DNA of 63,947 nucleotides, filler included, from Barthelona sp. PAP020 (Eukaryota), in NCBI GenBank assembly GCA_040182905.1. It is 4 parts of 4 records of this genome, joined end to end, with 100 filler letters (N's around TTAATTAATTAA, not from the genome) between each part and the next. Parts side by side here need not be neighbours in the genome. Positions count along the whole stretch, not along the records: positions 33,331 to 49,772 come from JARQWU010000259.1; positions 49,873 to 63,947 come from JARQWU010000306.1; 2 more parts are not named here. The stretch is one strand, 5' to 3'. Positions 44,579 through 53,759 of this stretch are shown piece after piece. The notes beneath the pieces were generated by a model, which was given only the letters and a program-made list of their open reading frames with translations, did no database searches and was not told the origin of the DNA. Every line of letters begins with the position of its first letter. The first letter of the stretch is position 1. A program made the translations under genes and the position numbers.

Positions 44579-45544
44579 TTAACGAAGAGCAACAACAATA
44601 GCACTACAATTGTCCCAACTTCCTGCTTGAAGTGCAGCTTGAACCAAAGCTTTTGCTGGTCTTGAAGGATTCCGCTTTAAAATATCTTCCATCTTTTTTG
44701 GTGGCAAAACATCAGTCACACCATCACTTGTCAATACCAACAAAGTATCCTGGTCAGTAATTGTAGAAACCGAAATATAGGGGGTAGCATCGATAAATGG
44801 CCTTAATCCAAAATCCCCAAGAGCACGAGTTAATTTTAATACTCCTTGAACCCTGGTAAATATAATTCGCCCACCACGATCTTTAACTCTCTTTTTTTCA
44901 GATTCAACACTGGTATTATGAGGCATTGTTAATCTATGCAATTCACCATCTCTCAACAAAAAGGCGTCAGAATCTCCAACATTAGCTACGGTCAACCTTT
45001 TAGGATTATCACTGCTCATATACGCCATAACAGCAGTAGAACCCACAAAATTATAAGGATGTTGATTTTGGTCATCATATTGATCGTCTGTATCGTCAAA
45101 TAATGTGTTAGTATCATTTTCTGGCTTATCTAAATTCTCTCTTTCAAACTGTGGAATAGCTGCACTGAATGCATCAGTAATAGGCTTTCCATCTTTTAAA
45201 AATTGATATACATGATTATGTAAGTGTTCACGAGCAATTTCAGATACTTGATTTCCTCCATGACCATCATATATCGCAAAAAAACAATCATCATTGGATT
45301 CTTTAAAACATACAAAACGATCTTCCATATATGTTGGGTTTCCTTGTTCCGCAGAAGCATAAACAAACGAAACCAAATGATGGTCAGTAAATTCCTTTAG
45401 TGAATTAGTACTGTATACAGCTTTTTGCTTTTGTTGTTTCAATATTGGAGTGGCAACACCAACCACTTGTAAATCCTCATGTAAATCAATATCAATATTA
45501 CTGGGACGTTGAGGTGTTTTTAAAGAATCTGCACCTGGATTCAT
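44579..45544 (-). CDS. Protein phosphatase 2C (PPM family)
   Basis: MEDR, YDGHGG, GSTA, NVGDS, TRALGD, LTSDGV, DNCSAIVV. Confidence 0.95.
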   Translation of the reverse strand: MNPGADSLKTPQRPSNIDIDLHEDLQVVGVATPILKQQKQKAVYSTNSLKEFTDHHLVSFVYASAEQGNPTYMEDRFVCFKESNDDCFFAIYDGHGGNQVSEIAREHLHNHVYQFLKDGKPITDAFSAAIPQFERENLDKPENDTNTLFDDTDDQYDDQNQHPYNFVGSTAVMAYMSSDNPKRLTVANVGDSDAFLLRDGELHRLTMPHNTSVESEKKRVKDRGGRIIFTRVQGVLKLTRALGDFGLRPFIDATPYISVSTITDQDTLLVLTSDGVTDVLPPKKMEDILKRNPSRPAKALVQAALQAGSWDNCSAIVVALR

Positions 45545-45932
45545 AAAATAAGGAAAATGGACAAATTGTTTTTTAACATTTGTTTTTAATTCTACTTTTC
45601 TTCACATAATGAATTTATACTATTTTAATAATATTGCCTTCAAAAAAAATGATCTTTACCAAAAAAAAAAAATGATGTTACAAATTTTATGATTCTTGTG
45701 TCAAGAAAACAGAAATCCCTCCCAATTCACTCATTGATTTTTGCAGATTTATTACAACTAAAAGCTCATTTTATAAAAACAAAATGTTTTGGATTTCCAC
45801 ATCATAAAGATTTTCATTTATTAATCACAAAAATGGTGAAATGAAACCCTATTTTGTTTTTTATATTTCACTATTTCCAAAAAAAGATTAATAATAATAA
45901 AAGAGATTGTTTACGTCCATTTCACAACAATA

Positions 45933-46793
45933 TTAACAAGCATTACTAATCAAAACATAAGCAAAACCACAATAGTCAAGATAAACATCAGAATAAGTGT
46001 AAGTTTGGTCAAATGTGACAGTCTTCATGTGCTGCAATTTGACAGCTGATCCTGTTGAATCAACGGGCTCAAAAAGAATCAATATTTTTTCTCCATTATG
46101 AATCAAATCAGGATTTATTTCATTGTTAGAAACAAAAATGTCAATTGTTTCATTTGTTAAATTAACAGAAGGAAAAGTGGCTTTGAGCACTTTACACCCA
46201 TCAGATGGCAATGCGATATTCCAAGGAGTTGGGTCAAAAGAATAATCATCACATTTAATCAATTTAGGGTTAAAGGAATAATTTGAAGGAATATACACTT
46301 TCGAATTGGCAGAAGCAATTTGAAAACGGTATGAGGATTGATCTGTTTCCTGAGATTTCAAGCAAACAGAAACACCTAATGAAATGGGTGCATTTATTGA
46401 GATAATATTCTTCGAATCAAAAATTCTTCGAAAAATGAAACACAATGAAACCAGCACAAAAAAAATTGTCAAGATGGAAGTTATTTTTTTTCTTCGAGCA
46501 TTTGTCAACCTGTAACCAGGACTGACCAAAATAGGAAAAATAAAAACAAAAAGGACAAAAACAGCGTGTATCAAGAGTATAAAAATAATGACTTTAATTG
46601 TTGTTTCATCTCTGAAAGAACAAGGAAAATCAGTACAATGCACATATCTTGGGCCAACAATACCTGTACCAATCAGAATAGAAAAAATGCACAACACAAT
46701 TCCGGTAAAAAAAGGACACAAAGTGTACGTTGATTCAAAGGTTTCAACTTTAAATACAGTCGGTAAATGTGCAAATCGAGAAGAAACTGTCAT
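45933..46793 (-). CDS. Hypothetical membrane protein (3 predicted TM segments, soluble C-terminal domain)
   Basis: 286-aa ORF with three hydrophobic stretches in the N-terminal half; no family recognised. Confidence 0.6.
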   Translation of the reverse strand: MTVSSRFAHLPTVFKVETFESTYTLCPFFTGIVLCIFSILIGTGIVGPRYVHCTDFPCSFRDETTIKVIIFILLIHAVFVLFVFIFPILVSPGYRLTNARRKKITSILTIFFVLVSLCFIFRRIFDSKNIISINAPISLGVSVCLKSQETDQSSYRFQIASANSKVYIPSNYSFNPKLIKCDDYSFDPTPWNIALPSDGCKVLKATFPSVNLTNETIDIFVSNNEINPDLIHNGEKILILFEPVDSTGSAVKLQHMKTVTFDQTYTYSDVYLDYCGFAYVLISNAC

Positions 46794-46900
46794 GAAAAAT
46801 AAAATGAATCAATAATACTCACACCAAAATGTAAATATTAACGATAAAAAAAAAAAGAGGATTGAGGAGATGACAAATTTATTTGTAAATTTCCTTTTTT

Positions 46901-48304
46901 ATGGACGCATTTCCGATTGCCAGAGGGTCTGGACAAACACCATTATCATCTATATATTCGAAATATGATCCTATTTTAAAGAAATGGTTCGAAATAGACA
47001 ACAAAAAAGGACTTCCATTTTTATTGAATTTGAACAATTTCAATTCGTTCTTTTCCAAACTAAGTGGACCAAAGGATAAGAACAATAATCCCAAAAACAA
47101 ACGAGAGAATGTTAATTTATATGATTATCAATTTCTTGCCTATGTCATTGACTATTTTCAAAAGAATTACTGTATTGAACAAGGTTGCGTTATTAAACAA
47201 ATTGATTTGTCTTCAAATTCATTTACAAAAGTTAATGTTTTGTACAAAGCCATTTGCATGAGTGAATTTTGTGAAGATTTGCTAAACCATCTGGAAAGCA
47301 TATATTTTGTTGATAATAATATGATAAATGTCGATATTTTTAAGCTGCCTTTGCAAGAATTTCGTAATTTGAAGACTTTTACCTTGGTAGGGAAAAACAA
47401 TTGGTATGCTGGAAAAAAGAGTGGAGGTGAGAAAAAAAATGATGTAGCTGTGTATGATTTAAGATATTATCGTCAAAACATGGTAAGTGATTTGGATACA
47501 GAAAGTTTTTTGTGTGTAGATATGGTTCAATACGTGAATGGAACCATACCCTTGGTTGTGTTTGATCTTTCTATGACCCAAGATATAAATTCACATGTCA
47601 TGTTTTGTATTAGAGAGTTTTTGTTTGATTTTTTTGAAAATTGGGAGAAACTTGAAGCTGAAGTTGAGGGTTTGTTATCATCTAGAGTTAAATTATGGAT
47701 GAGAGCACATCGTACTTGGGAATCAGATAAGTTTACTTGCTGGTCTTATCCCAAATTAAGTGTTGGAATTGAAGACTTCATCAGAAATGGACTACCAAGA
47801 AAACTCCAAACCATACAATTTGTTGTTTTACATATCATTGATTCAGAAATGGAATCAATGTATGAAAACGATATGTCGGATAATGTGCCTGTTTTTAAAG
47901 TGTTTGGTCTTTGGATAGTACAAAATGAGGTTAATATAAAGAAAGAAGAAACAAATATAAAGTTCATGACAGAGAGTGTTGTGGCAACCACTATAATTAT
48001 TGATAAGGCTGATGAATTTAAGATTAGAGAGTTTCACACGAATGTTATTCCTCATCAAAACAAAGCTATTTTGAGTGATTTAGCAAAAATTAAGGATATT
48101 ACAAATTTGCAGGCTATTTTTGCCTTTACTCTGTTAGAAGACAATGATTTTAATTTTGATACAGCAGTAAAGCACTTTTTAGAACATAGAACAGATTATG
48201 ACAATAATTTAATTAAAGAGTTGGATGGTTTTGTCGATAACAATCCTGAAAAATTAAGACACTTTTTGATCACAGATGAACCAATGAAAATGGATCCAAA
48301 TTGA
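46901..48304 (+). CDS. Divergent NXF1/Mex67-like mRNA export factor (LRR + NTF2-like + TAP-C/UBA)
   Basis: LRR-like IKQIDLSSNSF and LESIYFVDNNM; EFLFDFFENWE at the NTF2-like start; TAP-C-like ITNLQAIFAFTLLEDNDFNFDTAVKHF. Confidence 0.55.
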   Translation: MDAFPIARGSGQTPLSSIYSKYDPILKKWFEIDNKKGLPFLLNLNNFNSFFSKLSGPKDKNNNPKNKRENVNLYDYQFLAYVIDYFQKNYCIEQGCVIKQIDLSSNSFTKVNVLYKAICMSEFCEDLLNHLESIYFVDNNMINVDIFKLPLQEFRNLKTFTLVGKNNWYAGKKSGGEKKNDVAVYDLRYYRQNMVSDLDTESFLCVDMVQYVNGTIPLVVFDLSMTQDINSHVMFCIREFLFDFFENWEKLEAEVEGLLSSRVKLWMRAHRTWESDKFTCWSYPKLSVGIEDFIRNGLPRKLQTIQFVVLHIIDSEMESMYENDMSDNVPVFKVFGLWIVQNEVNIKKEETNIKFMTESVVATTIIIDKADEFKIREFHTNVIPHQNKAILSDLAKIKDITNLQAIFAFTLLEDNDFNFDTAVKHFLEHRTDYDNNLIKELDGFVDNNPEKLRHFLITDEPMKMDPN

Positions 48305-48413
48305 TAAAAATATCGAGATTTTATTTTTCTTCTTGTGCGAACCTTTTCCAGAACTTACCCAAATCAGAGACCGGGAATCTCAGTTACTTTATAAATAATA
48401 AAATTTAATCTTT

Positions 48414-49200
48414 ATTCTTTCCGGTAATGCCTTGTTAAAGGGGTATCGTTACACAGAGTGGTATCAGCAATGAAAAGAAACATTCCACAAAGGTTGTTTA
48501 ATAATAATTCTTTCCCTTATCAAGAGTGGGCTTAGCTATTCCCTGGAATTTATTTTTAGGAGACCAAAAGAAGAATGCTGACAGTGGATTCCTCAGTAGT
48601 CATCATTAAGTGCTTTCAGAAAAGCCAAACATAAGAATCAGGGCATGCGGAATAGAACAGATAGAATTTGGAAAAGAATCAACAAATTAAACGGAAAGAT
48701 CATTTCAATGTGGATTGGCTCTGATATGAACAAAATTGCAGGCATTCTATCACTTGGTAAGCACGATGAGTTACCTAGAGGCTTGCTCTCAGACTTAACG
48801 TTGTGTCATGCCGCGTTCAATGTCGTGGTCTACAGCTTAAAGCCTTCAGCATTGTAAGAATGCTTCCAAGACTTAAGAACCAAACAGCGAAGAGTTTACA
48901 AGGAAAAAGCAGACAACAAAGGATGATCTTAAGACAAGAAAGATTTTAGTCAAAGTCACCAAGCTTTTCCACAACGGTAACAGCAGAAAACAATTGCATT
49001 GTTTTGTTGCGCGAAATACCGTGTAATAGAGTATGAAAGTACACTTTCCTTTGTTGAAGCAGAAAGAATAGCCAGGTCTTGCTGCACAAAAAAAAGGTTG
49101 AAAACATGGTATTGAACTTATGAAGAGTGGGTTCAAGAGATCTTCATTAAATTTAAGAAAACAAAAAAAAGAGAGTCTCGACATTCTTCAACAAGTGTCT
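48414..49200 (+). mobile_element. Decayed DIRS-order (tyrosine recombinase) retroelement remnant, RNase H region
   Basis: Frameshifted RNase H motifs in order: ILSGNALLKGYRY (cf. tDAS..GwG), LTVDSSVV/LSAFRKAK..., RIWKRINKLNGKIISMWIGSDMNKIAGILSLG (cf. wips..N.AD.LSR). Multiple stops; right boundary approximate. Confidence 0.5.
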
Positions 49201-49772
49201 GCAAAGGGTCCCTCCCAACTTCAAGCACACGCTCTGCCCTCGCATCATGTATAGGCTGGCTGGACTTTTCACAGAGTTCTGGGTCCTGTCACAGGCAACG
49301 CGGTGACAATTTGTGGCATTTAAAACCCAAATAGGTAAAGTAAGGTAAAATTATAGTAGTATTTCTTTCCTGTTTTCCTTTGGTGGTTAACTCTTTAATA
49401 AGCGGTCTCAATAAAATGGATCCTCAATAAATCTTGAAAAATTAATAAAGATTGTGAGACCCCCTCGATTTTCTTTTTAAAACAAACATCAACGCACTCT
49501 TTTCAAACACAACAAAAGACATTTCACTTTTGTTCAAGTCCTATATAAATGCACTTGAGAAAATGCATTACCAAATGAAAGAATTGTGACGCTTTACAGA
49601 ATGAGAAGGTAAAACCTTGGAAATCGCCTTCTGCTGATGAAAAAGAAATTAGTGACACAAAAACAATTTACAGCACGCATAAAGCCATCAGATCCTCAAA
49701 GCTACATACTGCTAAATCTGTGGCTAAACCAGAGAATTCCAAAAAAGCACTTCTCATTGTTTCAGCGATCGA

Positions 49773-49872
49773 NNNNNNNNNNNNNNNNNNNNNNNNNNNN
49801 NNNNNNNNNNNNNNNNTTAATTAATTAANNNNNNNNNNNNNNNNNNNNNNNNNNNNNNNNNNNNNNNNNNNN
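49773..49872. other. Artificial contig spacer (linker at 49817-49828)
   Basis: N run + TTAATTAATTAA + N run, 100 nt. Confidence 0.97.
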
Positions 49873-49879
49873 AACAAGC

Positions 49880-51415
49880 TCAACTGAGCAATAAATTTAC
49901 AATTTGGTTTGGATTAAGTCTCTTTATGTCTTGGTATTGCTGACCTGTGCCTACGAAAACGATTGGAGCCCCTGACTCATGTGTCATGCTCAGAGCTGCG
50001 CCAACCTTGTCGTCGATTGTGTCAACCTTTGTCAAGACGATTCCATCGATGCCTCTACCGCCTGTGTTCTTTTCGAGATATGTGTGGAAGGTCATGAGCT
50101 GATCAATGCCATCGTTTCCGACAAGGGCCTCACCGACAAAGAAAACATAAGATGGCTCACATAGTTTGACCATTTTAGCGAGGTTCTTCATCAAATCATC
50201 ATTGTCTTGCATTCTTCCTTGTGTATCCACCAAGACGACGTCATAATCATGAGCAGCAGCCCACTGAATACCGTCTTGAGCAACACGAGCGGGGTTTTTA
50301 CCATAACCAACATCAAAAAGATCTATATCAAGAGCTGCTGAATGAACACGAAGCTGCTCAACTGCACCCGATCTATAAGTATCACCTGCGACGAATAACA
50401 CTCGAAACCCGTTTTGCTTTATCCAAGAAGCAACTTTTGCCATATTGGTTGACTTTCCAACTCCATTGACACCACAAAATACGATAGAAAATGGATGCCC
50501 GGCTTCCTTTGCCTTCTCAATATCCTGAAGAATATTTATAGTTCTATTTGGAGTCAAGATACGAACAATGGAGTCGTGAAGCGCGTTGGAAAAGAGTTCT
50601 TGAAGCTTGTTCTTACTGCTCACAGTTTGACCGATTAATCTTCGACCAACACCTTCACAAATTTCTTCAGCTGTTTCAACAGCAACATTCTTTGACTGAA
50701 GCATTTCGGTGAAACTTGATAATGCAGGCTGCATCTCCTCATCAGTAATTGGCTTACCTATCAATCCGAAGAAACGCTTAAAGCCACTGAGCTCTTCCGT
50801 CGACTTCGTTTGCTTGGTTGCTATCTCACCATCAAGATTGATGACTATATTTTTGAAATCCATCACTTTGGACTTTGCACCGTTCTTCTTCTTGTTAACG
50901 TTCAACTCATTCGCAATTTCATCCAATTCCTCGGCTGAAAGATTCTTGGGTCTCAATTTTTTGCCCGGAGTCTGTCTTCCCAAATCAGCCTCATCCTTTG
51001 CATTAGAAACATCATCTTTGTTATTATCTTTTGGACTACTTATATCCATAACCAAAGACTCACAAGATTTGTATAACTGATGAAATTCATCCTCAAAAGA
51101 AAAGTCATTGCTTAAATCTTTCAGGTCATCCTTGTGTATGCGCAAAAATTCCTCACGTATTGATCTTAAAAACAAATCAATGTGGGGTATGGTCAAAACA
51201 GTCTTCCAAACCGCAATGAAAGCCAAATTGCTCTCAAAATCTTCCTCATATTTCAATGTGTATGCACCGCTTGTGTATATGTTATTCTCAAACTCTTCGT
51301 TTTCAATAAAAACATCTTCAACCAAATCATCGATTGGATTTCCATCCAAATTTGTGTTTTTAATACTTGTCAACACTAAACCTCCTTTAGTTATGACACA
51401 AAAATAATCTAACAT
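49880..51415 (-). CDS. SRPRA: Signal recognition particle receptor alpha subunit
   Basis: MLDYFCVITKGGLVL longin start at 51415; GVNGVGKST, DTYRSGAVEQL, DTQGRMQ, TKVDTIDDKVGAALSM, GTGQ.Y.D. Confidence 0.96.
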   Translation of the reverse strand: MLDYFCVITKGGLVLTSIKNTNLDGNPIDDLVEDVFIENEEFENNIYTSGAYTLKYEEDFESNLAFIAVWKTVLTIPHIDLFLRSIREEFLRIHKDDLKDLSNDFSFEDEFHQLYKSCESLVMDISSPKDNNKDDVSNAKDEADLGRQTPGKKLRPKNLSAEELDEIANELNVNKKKNGAKSKVMDFKNIVINLDGEIATKQTKSTEELSGFKRFFGLIGKPITDEEMQPALSSFTEMLQSKNVAVETAEEICEGVGRRLIGQTVSSKNKLQELFSNALHDSIVRILTPNRTINILQDIEKAKEAGHPFSIVFCGVNGVGKSTNMAKVASWIKQNGFRVLFVAGDTYRSGAVEQLRVHSAALDIDLFDVGYGKNPARVAQDGIQWAAAHDYDVVLVDTQGRMQDNDDLMKNLAKMVKLCEPSYVFFVGEALVGNDGIDQLMTFHTYLEKNTGGRGIDGIVLTKVDTIDDKVGAALSMTHESGAPIVFVGTGQQYQDIKRLNPNQIVNLLLS

Positions 51416-51674
51416 CTGAAAATAATCCGCAAAAGAAAAACAGAACTTCTGTCGCATCATTTCACATTCCTTCAATCACCTCATTTTTCACATTTACACA
51501 CAAATCTGTTCATCAATACTCTAATCAATTATCCACAGGGATAAAAACTTTAATTTTGAGTCCTTTGAAGGGAAAAAAGAATACTTTTTATAAAAAGTAA
51601 CATAAACAAGAAACATATACATAAAATTTTATATTTTTGTAATTTCTGAAATAATTAACAAAATTTCAAATGTA

Positions 51675-53501
51675 CTATTCATCTATTTCTTCATTTAATT
51701 CTTGTATATCTACTGCAAGGAAAGCAACGCATTGAGAAAATGTGATATAATCCACTTTATGTGGATTAATAATATTTAACAAGTCTGCACATTCAACCTC
51801 TAATCTGCTTGGAGTCAATAATCTTAACAAGTCTAAGAATCCTTTATCATCAATTTTACCAGTGTTTTGCACGTCAATTTCTCTAAATATTTCAACAAAT
51901 TTTTCCAAAAATTTCAAATGATTCTGTAAATTGAAATCCAACAAGATTTCAATAAAAGATTTAAAGCTTATTCTCTGTTTTACAGCATCTGGTTGCAAAC
52001 TGATGAGTATTTCTTCATCAATTACTACATTATTATCTCTTAAAGTCTCAAATCTTAATCTTTCTGCTGGTGTTAATTCTTTTCCTTGAGGAGTTTCTCT
52101 TAATATTTGTTCTCTGACTTTTCGGATTAAAATCAAGAATGTATCATCATCGTATAAAGTTCTGATTACATCTAACCATTGTTTTTCCTGTAAAGTTGAT
52201 GTTTTGATATGTTCCAAAGTTTCAGAAACTTTTAATTCCGATAAATTCGGAGACTCTGTACGTATGATAGCTTTTAGAATTTGATCAACGATCTCTTCCA
52301 ATTTGCTTTGTAGAATCACAAAGTTCTCATCAATGTTGTTCTCTAATATATTTAAGAAGACTTTGATAAAGTTAGATTCGCTAGCATATTCCTTTAAACT
52401 GTTAGAAAATGTTTTCAACTTGGTTTTAACTATGGATTTATCTCCAAAATTCTTGATGAAATAACTCATGATGAATTCTCTTGCAGTTTCATGTGATTTC
52501 TTTTTGGTATCCATTAACTCATCAAAGTATGCTTTTTCTGCATATATGGTTTGTATCATTTCTTCAGTCTTACGTAACGTATATTTCTTAAGCGTTTTTT
52601 GTGGGGAAACAGGAGCTGAAGAAGATGAGTTCGGATTAAAATGAAGAGGTGAAGATATTAAGGCATTTTCTAATCTGCTGGTAAAAGAATCATTCACTAG
52701 AGTATTGGTTAAGCTAAAATCACTGCCATCACGGGTCTTTATCGTGCCACTATTGGCTAAATAACCATTAGCATCTAATACTTGAGTGGTAAAATCATGT
52801 TTGTAATTTTTCGACTTCTCAGCCAAGAGTTGCTGTTCAAGCATCTTTATTTTATCTTTCAAATTTAAAATTTCCAAATCTTTCTCCTTTAATTTCATTC
52901 CAAATTCACTTAAATCATTAGTATGTTCTTCTTGCAAAACTTCAGCTGCTTTCAACAACTCATTTGTCTCTCTTTGAATAACTTCGTTCTTTTCCTTCAA
53001 AGTTTGTAATCTGTGATTAAACAAAGTATAAATTCTAATTACCAAAGGTTTGAAAAACAGAAAAGTTTCGCGTACATTGGAATTTATCGATTTTAAGCTG
53101 TCTTTCAATTCTTCAATGTGCATATTATCAATTGAAAGATCCTTATCAGTGGTTAAAATTTTATCAAAACAAACTTTGTGTAAAAGATCGAAAAAATTAT
53201 ATTTCACAGTCATAAATTCAATCATTCGATAAAAAACATTGGTTTCACTATCTAAAATATGTTGAAATTTGGAACTTATATCACCAACATGAGTTTCAAA
53301 AAAATTGATCATATCATCTTCTTCTTCAGGTGTCAAATCTCTTATTTGTTTTAAAGATTCCAAATGATGTGCAACTAATTCTATTAAAGCATCATTTTGC
53401 GATAAATCTTCATGTGATTGAAAAAAATCAGTTAATCCATTCACTATTTCTTCATCATTGAATAATTCATCCGTTGTTTCAATCTCTTCAATATTTGACA
53501 T
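51675..53501 (-). CDS. Coiled-coil / EF-hand protein, TSNAXIP1-like
   Basis: Coiled coil, then IQTIYAEK..FD...ETAREFIMSYF.KNFG...KVFLNILENNIDENF and a C-terminal EF-hand-like pair (DVQNTGKIDDKGF). Confidence 0.5.
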   Translation of the reverse strand: MSNIEEIETTDELFNDEEIVNGLTDFFQSHEDLSQNDALIELVAHHLESLKQIRDLTPEEEDDMINFFETHVGDISSKFQHILDSETNVFYRMIEFMTVKYNFFDLLHKVCFDKILTTDKDLSIDNMHIEELKDSLKSINSNVRETFLFFKPLVIRIYTLFNHRLQTLKEKNEVIQRETNELLKAAEVLQEEHTNDLSEFGMKLKEKDLEILNLKDKIKMLEQQLLAEKSKNYKHDFTTQVLDANGYLANSGTIKTRDGSDFSLTNTLVNDSFTSRLENALISSPLHFNPNSSSSAPVSPQKTLKKYTLRKTEEMIQTIYAEKAYFDELMDTKKKSHETAREFIMSYFIKNFGDKSIVKTKLKTFSNSLKEYASESNFIKVFLNILENNIDENFVILQSKLEEIVDQILKAIIRTESPNLSELKVSETLEHIKTSTLQEKQWLDVIRTLYDDDTFLILIRKVREQILRETPQGKELTPAERLRFETLRDNNVVIDEEILISLQPDAVKQRISFKSFIEILLDFNLQNHLKFLEKFVEIFREIDVQNTGKIDDKGFLDLLRLLTPSRLEVECADLLNIINPHKVDYITFSQCVAFLAVDIQELNEEIDE

Positions 53502-53759
53502 AATTTTTGATTGAAAAAAAAGTAAAAAATTGAATTCTTTTTCAGTTTCTCAAAATTCTACTTTAATATTCTTTATCATTGTTGTTAAGGTTTTATTTAT
53601 ACGCAGGCATCGAATAATTGCTATTTTCTTTTTTTAAAAATTATGATAGGCAATGTAAATCAACATTTTCTGATGTCAAAAACATAATATATGAAAAAAA
53701 AAATTACATTGATCTTTACATTAAACCAAAAATCGGTTGAATAAACTAAATAAAATATT

